Positions 8,844 to 20,157 of a stretch of DNA of 64,000 nt are shown piece after piece. A model generated the notes under the pieces. The model was not told where the DNA came from, did no database searches, and was given only the letters and a program-made list of their open reading frames with translations. Position 1 is the first letter of the stretch; every line of letters begins with the position of its first letter. Origin of the DNA: a virus; IMG/VR virus record IMGVR_UViG_3300028837_001424, positions 32,001-96,000 of that record. One strand, 5' to 3'. The position numbers and the translations under genes were made by a program.

Positions 8844-11800
8844 ATGCCAGGTATGTCAGATACACCAGTTGATGGTCAACAATATTCAGGTTTATTCAAT
8901 GGTGTTCCAGTAGTACTCGAATACGATGGTTCTGCTGGTGGCTATAAACTTGTTGTTGCTCAAGAGTATGCTGTTAACTTTATGATATCCGGCGTTGTTG
9001 CATTGGAGCCTGGCGATATCGAGATAGGTGCGGTTGAGTTAAAAGATTATGTCACTGATGACCGCGCTCATGTTGATACAAGTCACCTACTTCATGTCTG
9101 CCTAGCGTCAGGTACTATTTGGACCATAGCAGTTGTGCAGTCTGATAAACGTGAGGACACCGCGCATATAACTGGCGATTGGGGTAACTTTAACTTGAGT
9201 GTTCGGCAAGATGCACATGGTCCTTCTGGGGGCGATGGCGATTATGTAGCATTTCTAAGTGATGCCAATGGCTATCTTAAAGTCTGGACGACTGGATCTC
9301 ATTCGTTTGTTGATGTTCTAAGTGATCCGGCTCTAGAAAAAGATGTTGATGAAGTAACAGCCTACGTTACTGGTTCGGTCGGTTTAGTAGATGCCGATGG
9401 TGATCTGGCTAAGATTAATGCCGATGGTTGCTTGCAAGTCGCAGTATGCACGGGTTCGGTAGTTGCCGACACTGAGCTTCCGGCTGCGGCTGTTCTAACC
9501 GATGATTTTGCGAATCCAACTGCGCCTGCGGTGGGTTCATTTGGTATGGGTTATTATCCTGCCAGCGGTTCGTGGTCTCGTCTGACGGTAGATGAGAATG
9601 ATCAATTAAAAGTATCTCTCAGTAGCGAAAATGAGGGTGCCAGTGGCTCTTATGCATTGAGAACTTCTCAATGGGGTATGGCACCTAGCGGATATAGACC
9701 CATTCTGATTGATGATGATGGTCATTTACAGGTCGATATTTTAAGTGATCCAGTACTAGCTAAAGATACTGATGAAGTAACAGCTTACGTAACCGGTTCG
9801 GTAAGAATCGTTGATAGCGAAGGCCATGAGGCTGGTGTTTCTGAGGCCGGTTGTCTACAAGTTCAAGTCTGCACAGGTACCGTTATAGCTCATGTGGAGG
9901 GCGACATACAGATCGGTGCCGTTGAAATAAAAGACGGCGACTCTGATCAACGCGCAGAGGTTGATGCTGATGGATGTTTGCACGTATCCGTCTGTACAGG
10001 ATCAGTAGTTGTTGGTGACGGTGGGGATTCACTTACTGTTGATGATGGAGGTTCTTCGCTAACCGTTGACGGTGCGGTGACGATTCCAAAGCTTGATAAA
10101 GATACGGATGAAGTCAGCGCTTACGTAACTGGCTCGGTTCGAATTGTTGATAGTGATGGTCATGAGGTCGATGTTTCTGAGGATGGTTGTTTAAAGGTTC
10201 AGGTTTGCACTGGGACCGTTGTTGCCACTCTAGAAACTGGTGATATTGAAATAGGTGCAGTAGAAATCAAAGACAGCGACACATGATGACGGCTGTTTGA
10301 AAGTTGCAGTTTGCACAGGTAGTGTTGTTGCTGACACCGAATTACCGGCTGCGGCTGCATTAGCAGATGCAACAGCAAGTCCAACGGCACCTGCTGTTGG
10401 TTCCTTCCCTCACGGTTGGGATGAAGTTGATTCTACTTGGGATAGGTTACGCAATGAGGGGGCAAGCGGATCTTACGCCTTACGGGCATCATCCTGGGGT
10501 ATGGCCCCTAGTGGCTATCGGCCCATGCTTCTTGATGATGATGGCCACTTACAGGTTGACGTTCTCAGCGATCCCGTACTCGACAAAGATACTGATGAAG
10601 TCACGGCTTATGTGACGGGAACTATTCGAATTGTTGACAGCGAAGGTCATGAAGCTGGCGTCTCTGAGGCTGGCTGTTTGCAAGTTCAAGTTTGCACTGG
10701 TACGGTCATAGCACATCTCGAAGGTGATGTAGAAATAGGTGCTGTTGAAATCAAGGACGGTGACACAGATCAACGCGCCGAGGTTACGGCAGATGGTTGC
10801 TTGCAAGTTGCAGTTTGTACAGGATCGGTAGTTGTAGGAGACGGCGGTGGATCAATTACGGTTGACGGTACGGTAACCGCCGACACCGAATTACCAGTCG
10901 CGGCAGTCCTAAGTGACGACTTCGCGAATCCGACTGCACCAGCAGTGGGCGCATTTGGCATGGGCTACTACCCTGCAAGTGGTTCTTGGTCTCGTTTAAC
11001 AGTAGACGAAAACGATGCACTAAAAGTTTCACTAAGTAGCGACATTGAAATTGGCGCGGTAGAAATCAAAGACGGCGACTCTGATCAACGCGCGAGCGTG
11101 AGCGCTGATGGATGCTTACAAGTCGCAGTTTGTACTGGCTCTGTTGTTGTAGGAGATGGTGGTGACTCATTAACTATCGATGGATCTGTTACTGCCGACA
11201 CCGAATTGCCAGCCGCCGCGGCACTTGCTGATGGAATGGCTAACCCAACTGCACCAGCTGTAGCCTCTAGTTTAATGGGTTACAACGGTTTGACATGGGA
11301 TCGAATCTATATGGGTTTGTCGGGTAGCGTGAAAGTAGACCTATCTACCAGACTCGACAAAACAAATGATGAGGTCACGGCCTATGTAACTGGCTCTGTG
11401 GGCCTAGTTGATGCTGACGGTGATCTTGCCAATATTAATGCTGACGGTTGCTTGCACGTTGCAGTTTGCACAGGTAGTGTTGTTGCTGACACGGAGTTAC
11501 CGGCTGCCGCTGCTCTTGCAGATGCAACAGCCACACCTACTGCGCCTGCCGTTGGCTCATTCCCGCACGGGTGGGATGAGGTAGATTCTACGTGGGATCG
11601 TTTGCGAAATGAGGGAGCGAGTGGCTCCTACGCTCTAAGATCTTCAATATGGGGTATGGCACCATCTGGTTATAGGCCTGTTCTGATCGACGCCGAAGGA
11701 CATCTTCAAATCGATGTTTTGAGTGATCCTGCTCTTGCCAAAACAACCGACGAAGTTACTGCGTATGTTACTGGATCGGTTGGTTTGGTTGACGCTGATG

Positions 11801-13314
11801 GTGATCTTGCCAAAATAGACGCTAATGGATGTCTCCAAGTTGCTGTTTGTACGGGTAGCGTGGTTGTGGGTGATGGTGGAGGCACAATCTCTGTCGATGA
11901 TGGCGGAGGTGCATTAACGGTTGATGGTACTGTTACTGCCGACACCGAATTACCAGTCGCGGCAGTCCTAAGTGACGACTTCGCGAATCCGACCGCACCA
12001 GCAGTTGGTGCCTTTGGCATGGGTTACTATCCCGCGAGCGGTTCTTGGTCGCGTCTAACTGTAGACGAGAATGATGCACTAAAAGTCTCCCTCAGTAGTG
12101 ATATCCAAATAGGCGCGGTAGAAATCAAAGACGGCGACTCTGATCAACGCGCGAGCGTGAATGCGGATGGATGCTTACAGGTAGCTGTCTGCACTGGATC
12201 AGTGGTCGTAGGCGATGGTGGAGGCACAATCTCGGTAGATGATGGAGGCGGTGCCATCACGGTTGATGGATCTGTAACTGTTCAGAATCTTGATAAGGAT
12301 TCGGATGAAGTCACGGCCTACGTTACTGGCTCGGTTCGCTTAGTGGACAGTGACGGTGATGAAGCAGCTATAACAGCCGATGGATGTCTACAAGTTTCTG
12401 TATGTACAGGAACCGTAGTTGCTGACACCGAGCTACCTGCCGCGGCCGCGCTAGCAGATGCAACGGCATCGCCTACGGCACCAGCAGTCGGGTCCTTCCC
12501 TCACGGATGGGACGAAGTAGACAGCACATGGGATAGGCTACGAAACGAGGGTGCAAGCGGTTCTTATGCGCTAAGAACTTCAAGTTGGGGAATGGCCCCA
12601 AGCGGCTATCGGCCCGTACTACTTGACAACGATGGGCATCTCCAGGTTGATGTATTAAGTGATCCCGTACTTGCTAAAGATACGGATGAAGTTACGGCTT
12701 ATGTGACTGGAAGCGTGGTTATAGAAGACGGTGGCGGATCGATCACCGTTGACGGTACGGTAGCAATAGGAGATCTTGATAAAGGCAGCGATGAGGTAAC
12801 CGCATACGTCACGGGTAGCGTTCGCTTAGTAGATAGCGATGGTGACATTGCGGGAATCTCGGCAGACGGTTGCTTGCAAGTAGCAATATGCACAGGAACA
12901 GTCGTAGCCGATGTCTCGCTCGATCAATCAACCGATTCGGTCAAGGCACATCTACCCACTGGCTCTATTATAGGGCTATCAGGTCAGACAAAGGTAATCG
13001 AACGCACGCCAATTAATATCACTGGCACAGCAGGTGAGTACATGCTAATCACAGGTACATCCAGTGAGCGCGTGAAGGTGATGGAGTTTATGCTGATAGC
13101 AAGTGCAGATACGGAAGTCATCTTCAAATCTGGTTGGACTGGAACTGCGCTAACCGGACCTATGAGCTTACCGGCTGATGGTGATGGTTTCTTCTGTGGC
13201 GCACCCGCAACACCTGACTTGTTCCACTTCCAGACTAATTTTAACGAGATGCTTGTTATCCAACTTGTAGGTGGCGCACGAATAGGTGGCTGGATTAACT
13301 GGTACGACGAATAA
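8844..13314 (+). pseudogene. Large repetitive virion (decoration/fibre-like) protein, split by a frameshift at ~10284 into ORFs 8844-10286 and 10297-13314
   Basis: Shuffled repeats (IGAVEIKDGD.DQRA, DGCLQVAVCTGSVV, DTELPAAA, NEGASGSYALR, DEVTAYVTGSV) continue across the break; ~20 nt of one repeat are missing. Confidence 0.7.
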
Positions 13315-13334
13315 GAGCGAGGTTCATGAACTAG

Positions 13335-13370
13335 AGGTAGCGCCGCGCCGTTGGGTCGGCGCTACCTTTT
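13335..13370 (+). terminator. Intrinsic terminator
   Basis: AGGTAGCGCCG / CGGCGCTACCT stem then TTT. Confidence 0.75.
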
Positions 13371-13388
13371 GATTAATGGGAGATTGAA

Positions 13389-14720
13389 ATGCCATCAAGA
13401 ATATATGCTGAGAATAGATTAGTAGTTCAAGATTATTTAATACAAGATTCATTTACTGATAGTGGCGAACTTGAAGATCATGCTCCTGATAGAGATTCAT
13501 TGCATGGCGGTTGGAATGAGGTTGTTGGTGATTGGGAGATAGTATTTAATAAGGCTAGCGTAACATCTGCAGTATTTCAAAATGAGTTTGCAATGATTGA
13601 TTCTGGTAAACGGAATGTTTGTATTCAGGCTGATTTAACATACGGTGCGGGCTGTAATGTTACGGGCATTTTTGGCATTTGTGGTGCCGGAGACCTGGAT
13701 CATAATTGCCTGGGTCTTTATTATATTAAAGATTATGGGTATTTGGGAATCGGCATAATAGACGGTGCGGGAACTTTTGCAGAATATAGCTGGAATGTTG
13801 GAGAAACAAAAAAAATGATGTTGGTTATTGAGGATAATCTTGTAGCGGGATATATTAATGGCGAGAAAAAGGTAGCGAGGGCGATGGCTGATTATCCGAC
13901 AAACACTTTGGTAGGCTTGGTACAAAAAAATTGCGATTCCAATCTTTGGGATAATTTTAGGGTTAGCCAGGGCAAATTACCAACACCATCAAGGTCAATA
14001 AGAGTTGGTGCAAGCTATGCGGTTGGTAGATTAGCGGTTCAGTCGGCAGTTTGGTCGCCCCTCGACATAGCTGATTGTGAATTATGGCTAGATGTCTCAC
14101 AAATTGTTGGATTGAATGATGGCGATGATGTTTCAGCTTGGGATGATTTAAGCGGTAATTCTAGACATGCTACACAAGCGATTGCTCTCGATAAACCACA
14201 TTTTCGGGAAGCCTATAGGAATGGGTTGGCTGCCGTTGAATTTGATGGAGCTAATCATTGGATGGATTTGGATCTATCATCTGCCATTGCCTTGGCGGAC
14301 CATACCATTATTGTTGCCTGTGAGACTAGAGACACTGCAACAACTGCCGATCAGCGTTTCCTATATGTGAATGTAGCTGGTGATGAGTTTTCGCTCAATT
14401 CCGTTACTGCAACTGCGGGTAAACTTGGGTGGTTTGATGGTGCATGGGAAAATGCGGCAAATGCCACGGATGCAGCACAGGTATTGTCGTTCCAATTAGC
14501 CGCCGCTGGTGCGGAGGTTTTTCGTGATGGAGTATCCATTGGTGATAGTTTAGGACTTGTAGCTCACCAACTAGCAGATGATGCTGCTCTATGCGCTAAT
14601 ACTGCTGGAAATTACCTGTTTGACGGATATTTATTTGAGTTTCTTATTTACAGTCCCATACTTAATGCCACAGATCGAGCGAAAGTAGAAGCCTATCTTA
14701 TAGCTAAATGGGGAATTTAG
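13389..14720 (+). CDS. Concanavalin/LamG-like beta-sandwich virion protein
   Basis: LWLD...WDDLSGNSRHATQ...FDG...EFLIY...VEAYLIAKWGI is a common phage LamG-like pattern. Confidence 0.65.
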   Translation: MPSRIYAENRLVVQDYLIQDSFTDSGELEDHAPDRDSLHGGWNEVVGDWEIVFNKASVTSAVFQNEFAMIDSGKRNVCIQADLTYGAGCNVTGIFGICGAGDLDHNCLGLYYIKDYGYLGIGIIDGAGTFAEYSWNVGETKKMMLVIEDNLVAGYINGEKKVARAMADYPTNTLVGLVQKNCDSNLWDNFRVSQGKLPTPSRSIRVGASYAVGRLAVQSAVWSPLDIADCELWLDVSQIVGLNDGDDVSAWDDLSGNSRHATQAIALDKPHFREAYRNGLAAVEFDGANHWMDLDLSSAIALADHTIIVACETRDTATTADQRFLYVNVAGDEFSLNSVTATAGKLGWFDGAWENAANATDAAQVLSFQLAAAGAEVFRDGVSIGDSLGLVAHQLADDAALCANTAGNYLFDGYLFEFLIYSPILNATDRAKVEAYLIAKWGI

Positions 14721-14735
14721 TAAAAGGAGCTAATC

Positions 14736-14951
14736 ATGGCGTTTTATGGATATACTCACGAAACAATAGAGGCAATGGAGAAGTTTTTCTCGGAACGCGA
14801 CATTCAAGCAATGGTCATAGATCAATGTGCCGTATTGCATGAAAGAATCTGCGCTTCTAACGAGCATGTGATCATCAAAACAGGCATTAATAAAGGTAGA
14901 TGCAAGTATTGTATGAAGATGATTGCCGAACCAATGCCATTACCTAAATAG
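14736..14951 (+). CDS. Small hypothetical protein
   Basis: AAGGAG RBS; C..H..CxxC. Confidence 0.5.
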   Translation: MAFYGYTHETIEAMEKFFSERDIQAMVIDQCAVLHERICASNEHVIIKTGINKGRCKYCMKMIAEPMPLPK

Positions 14952-15414
14952 CAACGCGCTTCTAATGACCAGTGGATTGAATTATTACACCGAAATGCTT
15001 AAGGCGGCCCGCGAAGGCCGTACCTTTACTTGCTGGGTTAATGACTATAAACCAGGCGACGGGCTTAATGTCGTAAATATGACTGGTTCTTTTCATAATC
15101 TAAATCCAGGAGAACAGGCAGTTATTACACAAATTGCATTTGGAATTGTTTCTATAAATGACAGTGCCCATTTTGAGGTTGGATACACTAGTGAGGGATA
15201 CTGTTCTGGAACATTTACTCCAATTCATTATCATGAAGAATTAACATCTGGAGCAGCAAAAGAATACAGCGCGATAAAAGATGAGACATTTTTACCACCA
15301 AAAGTTGTGAAATATTCTGATGTTGTAAAGTGCGTTTGCCTAAGAGCCGACTGTAGCGATTCAGACGTTGAGGTTACGGTAGGGTTTAGTGGCTGGGTCG
15401 AACCAGAGGATTAG
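14923..15414 (+). CDS. Hypothetical virion protein
   Basis: Within the structural operon; start uncertain. Confidence 0.5.
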   Translation: MPNQCHYLNSNALLMTSGLNYYTEMLKAAREGRTFTCWVNDYKPGDGLNVVNMTGSFHNLNPGEQAVITQIAFGIVSINDSAHFEVGYTSEGYCSGTFTPIHYHEELTSGAAKEYSAIKDETFLPPKVVKYSDVVKCVCLRADCSDSDVEVTVGFSGWVEPED

Positions 15415-15428
15415 TAAGGAATAAAAAT

Positions 15429-16844
15429 ATGGCAACTTATATTGGCTGCGATGGCGCAGAACAACAGAACACAGCCCTAGCTTACAGTACAGCCGGCACT
15501 ATAACTATTGATACGACTACAACCTGGAAATCGGGTGCGTCGTTTCGTATGAATTTAGATAACGAACAAGCTGATCTATACTACGGTTCGCAAGTCAACG
15601 CAGCAGATTATTTCGATAACGTAGACACCCGACCTTGGGGCTATTCCTTCCACCTATACATTGCAACTCTTCCGGGCGCTGAGAAGTATCTTCATTTCAC
15701 AGCAGTAAACAAACTTGTTGGCGGCGTAAATATGAAGGCTCGTGTCGACGAGAATGGTCAAGTCAGCATGTGGTCTGATTTCGCTGGGGCATATGTCAAC
15801 AGTGACGCTAATATCTCAACGGGCATCTGGTACGCTGTCCACGTTAGGGTTTATATTCCGGCTGGCTCTTTTGAGCTTGATATGTACAGAGCAGATAATA
15901 GTGTACAAGCATTCAGCACGCTTGCACGAGCCTCTGGCAACCGTAGCTTTAACGGTTGCTATTTGGGAGCCGTGGAAAACAGCACTGGCGATATGTATTT
16001 CGACAACTTTATTATTTCGGGCAATTCAGACGGCGAGAACTGTCGCGATACCGTTGGAGACGATTGGGTTGTTGGTATCTTGATACCTGATGGCACGGGT
16101 GCCCATGATGATGCTTGCTGGGATAATGACTGGACATTTGTGGATGAAATTCCACCCGACGACTTGGTGACTACTAGATCATGTGCTACTTTGGCTAATG
16201 CATTTACCGAAACTATGGAGGCGATGTCTGCTCTAGATCCGCCAGGTGTTGCAACGATACTAGGCGTCCAGCCAGTCTATCATGCTGGCGGTGATGGCGG
16301 GGTGGGGGGACGCTGTGAGTTGAGATTCAGGAGTGGCGGAACAGACTTTGATGGGAACGATCACATACCTGGGGCTGGCTGGAATGAGTTTTTTAGATAT
16401 TGCATGACTGATCCCGACAATGGTGCATGGACCGAAGCTGCCATTAACGCCTGTGAAGTTGGCTGCGAAAAGACGGATAATAATAAGTTGGTTAGAATAT
16501 CGACTTGTTACTTGATGGTGGCCTATCTTCCACACCCTGCACCGACCGTTACCGACTGCGATCCTGATACTGGCCCTACTGCTGGCGGGACTAGCGTGAC
16601 TCTGGCTGGCACCGGATTTAGAGATGGCGCGACGGTAACTTTCGACGGAGACGCTGCCGACAATATAGTGGTTGTCGATCCAACAGAAATTACCTGTGAC
16701 ACTCCTGCGCACGCGAAGGGTCTAGTTGATATAATAGTGACTAATGACGATACGCAGTCTGGAACTTTAGAAAACGGATTTGAATATCTTGCCGGTAATG
16801 GCGGCAAGAGCCATGCTAAAAGACAACTACTAGGATTAATTTAA
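15429..16844 (+). CDS. Virion protein with C-terminal IPT/TIG Ig-like domain
   Basis: PTVTDCDPDTGPTAGGTSVTLAGTGF...ITCDTPAH is an IPT/TIG pattern. Confidence 0.75.
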   Translation: MATYIGCDGAEQQNTALAYSTAGTITIDTTTTWKSGASFRMNLDNEQADLYYGSQVNAADYFDNVDTRPWGYSFHLYIATLPGAEKYLHFTAVNKLVGGVNMKARVDENGQVSMWSDFAGAYVNSDANISTGIWYAVHVRVYIPAGSFELDMYRADNSVQAFSTLARASGNRSFNGCYLGAVENSTGDMYFDNFIISGNSDGENCRDTVGDDWVVGILIPDGTGAHDDACWDNDWTFVDEIPPDDLVTTRSCATLANAFTETMEAMSALDPPGVATILGVQPVYHAGGDGGVGGRCELRFRSGGTDFDGNDHIPGAGWNEFFRYCMTDPDNGAWTEAAINACEVGCEKTDNNKLVRISTCYLMVAYLPHPAPTVTDCDPDTGPTAGGTSVTLAGTGFRDGATVTFDGDAADNIVVVDPTEITCDTPAHAKGLVDIIVTNDDTQSGTLENGFEYLAGNGGKSHAKRQLLGLI

Positions 16845-17110
16845 TGGAAATTCCTCCTGAGGCAATCGTCAATGAAGCAGGTCAAGTTGCAATGTGCCAC
16901 AGGAGACCTAGGCAAGTTTGCGTCAAGTGTGCTAACCGAAGCCATGTTTTTGTTCTTCGAGGCAATTGGGCACTTACATGGGTTGAAAGAGAAGATGTGC
17001 CATGTATACTTGCCAAACGCTCAAAGCGTGGTTGTTGTGGCGGTAATAGCAGAAAGGCGTTTATGTTCGCCACAGCAGCGGCGATTAATTTATGGAATAT
17101 GACGAAATAA
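16844..17110 (+). CDS. Small protein ending in an RGCCG motif
   Basis: TAATG coupling; similar to the C-terminus of 43449-43949. Confidence 0.55.
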   Translation: MEIPPEAIVNEAGQVAMCHRRPRQVCVKCANRSHVFVLRGNWALTWVEREDVPCILAKRSKRGCCGGNSRKAFMFATAAAINLWNMTK

Positions 17111-17123
17111 TTTATTCATTAAC

Positions 17124-17152
17124 TTGCACAATGTCAATTTGTTTTGTAAAAT
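17124..17152 (+). promoter_or_regulatory. Sigma70-like promoter for the glycosylation operon
   Basis: TTGCAC-17 nt-TAAAAT. Confidence 0.55.
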
Positions 17153-17176
17153 AGGTAAACACTTTAGGAGACGATC

Positions 17177-17677
17177 ATGACTGAATCAAATGTTGAAGAG
17201 GCCAAAGGATATACCAAAGAAGCGCTGATGCGAATGAGTAAGCAAGAAATCATCGCAGTGGCAGACGAGATCGGCGTTGATCTTTCTGTTTTGCCTAAGC
17301 TTACCGAAGACTCGATTTCTGACGCCATCTTGGTTTTTCTTGAGCCTTATCTGGAAAAAGATGGTTCATTAGACGAGCTTCCAGTTGAGTATATTGAGGA
17401 AGAATTGGCAGAACCGACTGAGCCAGTCGAGTTAGAGGGACTGGTGGAACCAGAAGAGCCGACCGAGACTCCTGAGCCATGCGAAACGGAAGAGGTGGCG
17501 GAATCAGAGGAGCCGGCTGAAGCAGAAGAACAAATCGAATCGGAAGAGCCTGTCGAGCCTGAAGAGCCATCAGGTCCAGATCCCACCGTAATGTCTGGTT
17601 CTCATCAAGAGATTCTAAGGCCTGTCAAGATTGAACAATCTGTTAGGGTGCGGCGCATAGCGGAAAGCAATAAGTGA
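17177..17677 (+). CDS. Acidic protein with N-terminal Rho-N/HEH-like helical domain
   Basis: LMRMSKQEIIAVADEIGV; E/P-rich tail; paralog of 43449. Confidence 0.55.
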   Translation: MTESNVEEAKGYTKEALMRMSKQEIIAVADEIGVDLSVLPKLTEDSISDAILVFLEPYLEKDGSLDELPVEYIEEELAEPTEPVELEGLVEPEEPTETPEPCETEEVAESEEPAEAEEQIESEEPVEPEEPSGPDPTVMSGSHQEILRPVKIEQSVRVRRIAESNK

Positions 17678-18495
17678 AAATTGCTGTTACAGGACCTAAA
17701 GGGCGGCTAGGCTCTTGCCTAGTAGATAAAGGTTGTATCCCGCTTGACTTTGATATAAACAATCCAAGTCTTGTCGAGAGCGAACTGGATAGCATTAAGC
17801 CAGATGTACTTATAAACTGTGCAGCCTGGACCGATGTAGACGGTGCGGAGGTGGGCGAAAATCTTTATGAGGTGCTTCTTACCAATCTACGCTCACCTGG
17901 CATCCTAAGGGTAAATCACGAAGGCTTGTTTGTTCAGATATCCACTGGATATGTATTTGGAAATGATGAAGGCCCTTTTACTGAGGCAGATGAACCAGAT
18001 CCATTGAGTTGGTACGGTTGGTCGAAATTCGGAGGCGAGAAGGCCGCCGAAATACGCTCTCCAACTTTGATTATTCGAACGCTTGATTTATTTGGAATTA
18101 ACACTAGAACTGATTTTGTGAAACAAGTACGAGAAATGATTGAATCAAATTCCCAAATAGAATTGCCCGATAATCTTTTTGGTACACCTACTTATATTCC
18201 ACATTTAGCCGAGGCTTTGCTGATAGCAATCGAACGCGGTTTAACTGGCATTATAAACATCGCGGGCGATCTCACTCTGAGCCGCTACGATTGGGGAAGA
18301 ACGATAGCTAGACATTTTGGGGCTGACCCTGACATTATAGTACCTACCCAAACGATAAAGGGTAAGGCGCAGAGGCCACTGCGGGGTGGCTTGAATGTCA
18401 ACAACGCCCAAAAACTAGGTCTTCCTATTTATTCTCCCATCGATGGATTACGCGGCATATCGGAGTGGGAGAATGCCAGGGGTAAAGCCTTCTGA
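17674..18495 (+). CDS. rfbD: dTDP-4-dehydrorhamnose reductase-like SDR
   Basis: VTGPKGRLG, INCAAWTDVDGAE, ISTGYVF, YGWSK, GTPTY. Confidence 0.85.
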   Translation: MKIAVTGPKGRLGSCLVDKGCIPLDFDINNPSLVESELDSIKPDVLINCAAWTDVDGAEVGENLYEVLLTNLRSPGILRVNHEGLFVQISTGYVFGNDEGPFTEADEPDPLSWYGWSKFGGEKAAEIRSPTLIIRTLDLFGINTRTDFVKQVREMIESNSQIELPDNLFGTPTYIPHLAEALLIAIERGLTGIINIAGDLTLSRYDWGRTIARHFGADPDIIVPTQTIKGKAQRPLRGGLNVNNAQKLGLPIYSPIDGLRGISEWENARGKAF

Positions 18496-18937
18496 GCGTC
18501 CTCTAAACTCAGTTCTTTTCTTAACCTATAAAAGAGCCGATCTTATAGACGAGCGTATTAGAGAGATTGAGCGCTTGTACTCTTCGCGTTCCGACGTTGA
18601 GCTTATTGTATTTGATAACGGTTCTGAGGGTTCGAACATCGCATTATGCCTTTTGGCACAGTCCGAGGTGGCCAGACTCAATAATTGGAAACTACAATTT
18701 CATACACATAAGATTGAAAAGAATGTCGGCTTTTCGGCTGGCTGGAATGAGGCTTTGCAATTCGCGAATGGCGAATATATATTCTTGCTCAGTGACGACG
18801 TACAGGCATTTGGCGATTTTATTACACCGGTTATTGCCGCATTAAAAGTAGCACCTAACGCAATTGTTGGGGAAGCGTATATTAATTGGCCCGCTGGCTG
18901 GAATGAGTTTGGGCACCTTCCACCAAAGGAGCCATGA
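18473..18937 (+). CDS. Glycosyltransferase family 2, apparently C-terminally truncated
   Basis: FDNGS, NVGFSAGWN, LLSDD; only ~154 aa. Confidence 0.7.
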   Translation: MPGVKPSERPLNSVLFLTYKRADLIDERIREIERLYSSRSDVELIVFDNGSEGSNIALCLLAQSEVARLNNWKLQFHTHKIEKNVGFSAGWNEALQFANGEYIFLLSDDVQAFGDFITPVIAALKVAPNAIVGEAYINWPAGWNEFGHLPPKEP

Positions 18938-19194
18938 TGACTGATCCAATCAAACCCAGTATTGATGAGATTGATGTTGAACATTTGGAGATTAAGCGAA
19001 TAATCCCGATTCATCCCGAAGCCAAATATATGATCTTATGTGGCCCTGATGTTTTACAAGCAGAGGCCGATCAATTGGCGGTTAGGATAAAAGAATGGTA
19101 CTCAGATCCCGAAACGCCAATTGCGATTGTAATGGGAGATATTTCGCTTGTCAGGGTTGACAAGATAACCGATGAGGCGTTGGACATTGGCTAA
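18934..19194 (+). CDS. Hypothetical protein
   Basis: ATGA overlap, AGGAG RBS. Confidence 0.5.
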   Translation: MMTDPIKPSIDEIDVEHLEIKRIIPIHPEAKYMILCGPDVLQAEADQLAVRIKEWYSDPETPIAIVMGDISLVRVDKITDEALDIG

Positions 19195-20155
19195 GAAAAA
19201 GAAACTCAAGGTCATAATAACAGGTATTTGGTATCCAGTAGCAATCTGTCGATACCTGTGGGAAGCCTTACTCAGCTATCCCAATATTGAAACATGGTGT
19301 GCTGGTCCTTATGCAGGGCGCGAAATCCCTTGGGCTAATAAAGAAAATCCAAGAGGAATGAATCTGCCACAAAAATATGTACTCAAGCCAGATCACCCGA
19401 CGCCAATGACCCAACCTCCGATGGTTTCTTATGCAATGCTTGAGAAACACAAGCCCTGGGAACCCGACCTGTGGTTGGAAGTAAACGCCGGATTGCAGGC
19501 TATAGGTAAGCCGATTAGTGCGCCATTGGCTGTTGTAGCAACAGATCCTCATGTGCTCAACTACACAGGTGCGCGCGAGCGCGCAGATTACTTTTTCAAT
19601 ATGCAAACGCCCTATATGAAGTCAGGTGACATCTGGCTACCATATGCATATTCCCCTAAGTGGCACGCGCAAACGGATAAACCAATCAGAGAGCGCGAGT
19701 GGGACGCCGCCTTGATCGGCCTTCAATACCCCAACCGAATAAATCTTGTGAATAGGTTGCGCCAGCCAAACAATCATCTACACAGGGAAGGCGCTGGTTT
19801 CAAAGTCTTCTCGAAGCTAGGACCGTCCTATGATGATGCCCGTGAGATTTATCACAACACGAAGATAGGACTCAATTGGTCAAGTCTTCAAGACACAACG
19901 GCTAGATGCTACGAACTGATGGCCTTTGGTATACCAGCGGTTATGAACAGAGTTCCCGATCTCATGAAGCTTTTTAAGGATCGTCGAGATTTCCTTGGCT
20001 TTGACAGTGAGGACGAGGCCGTAGCCATCATTCACGAGCTTCTAAACGATATGGACTGGGCGGAGGAAGTTGGAAAGCAAGGACGCAAGGCCGTTGAGGA
20101 ACATACTTGGGAAGCAAGAATAAAAACCATTATACAAGAGACAGGAGTGATTTAA
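19172..20155 (+). CDS. Glycosyltransferase (GT-B, CgeB-like)
   Basis: WLPYAY, KIGLN, RCYELMAFG, EHTWEARI. Confidence 0.8.
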   Translation: MRRWTLAKKKKLKVIITGIWYPVAICRYLWEALLSYPNIETWCAGPYAGREIPWANKENPRGMNLPQKYVLKPDHPTPMTQPPMVSYAMLEKHKPWEPDLWLEVNAGLQAIGKPISAPLAVVATDPHVLNYTGARERADYFFNMQTPYMKSGDIWLPYAYSPKWHAQTDKPIREREWDAALIGLQYPNRINLVNRLRQPNNHLHREGAGFKVFSKLGPSYDDAREIYHNTKIGLNWSSLQDTTARCYELMAFGIPAVMNRVPDLMKLFKDRRDFLGFDSEDEAVAIIHELLNDMDWAEEVGKQGRKAVEEHTWEARIKTIIQETGVI

Positions 20156-20157
20156 TT

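Noticed and set aside
8844-13314. Diversity-generating retroelement TR/VR pair among the repeats
   Set aside because: Differences between copies are mostly synonymous rather than adenine-specific, and there is no reverse transcriptase in the window
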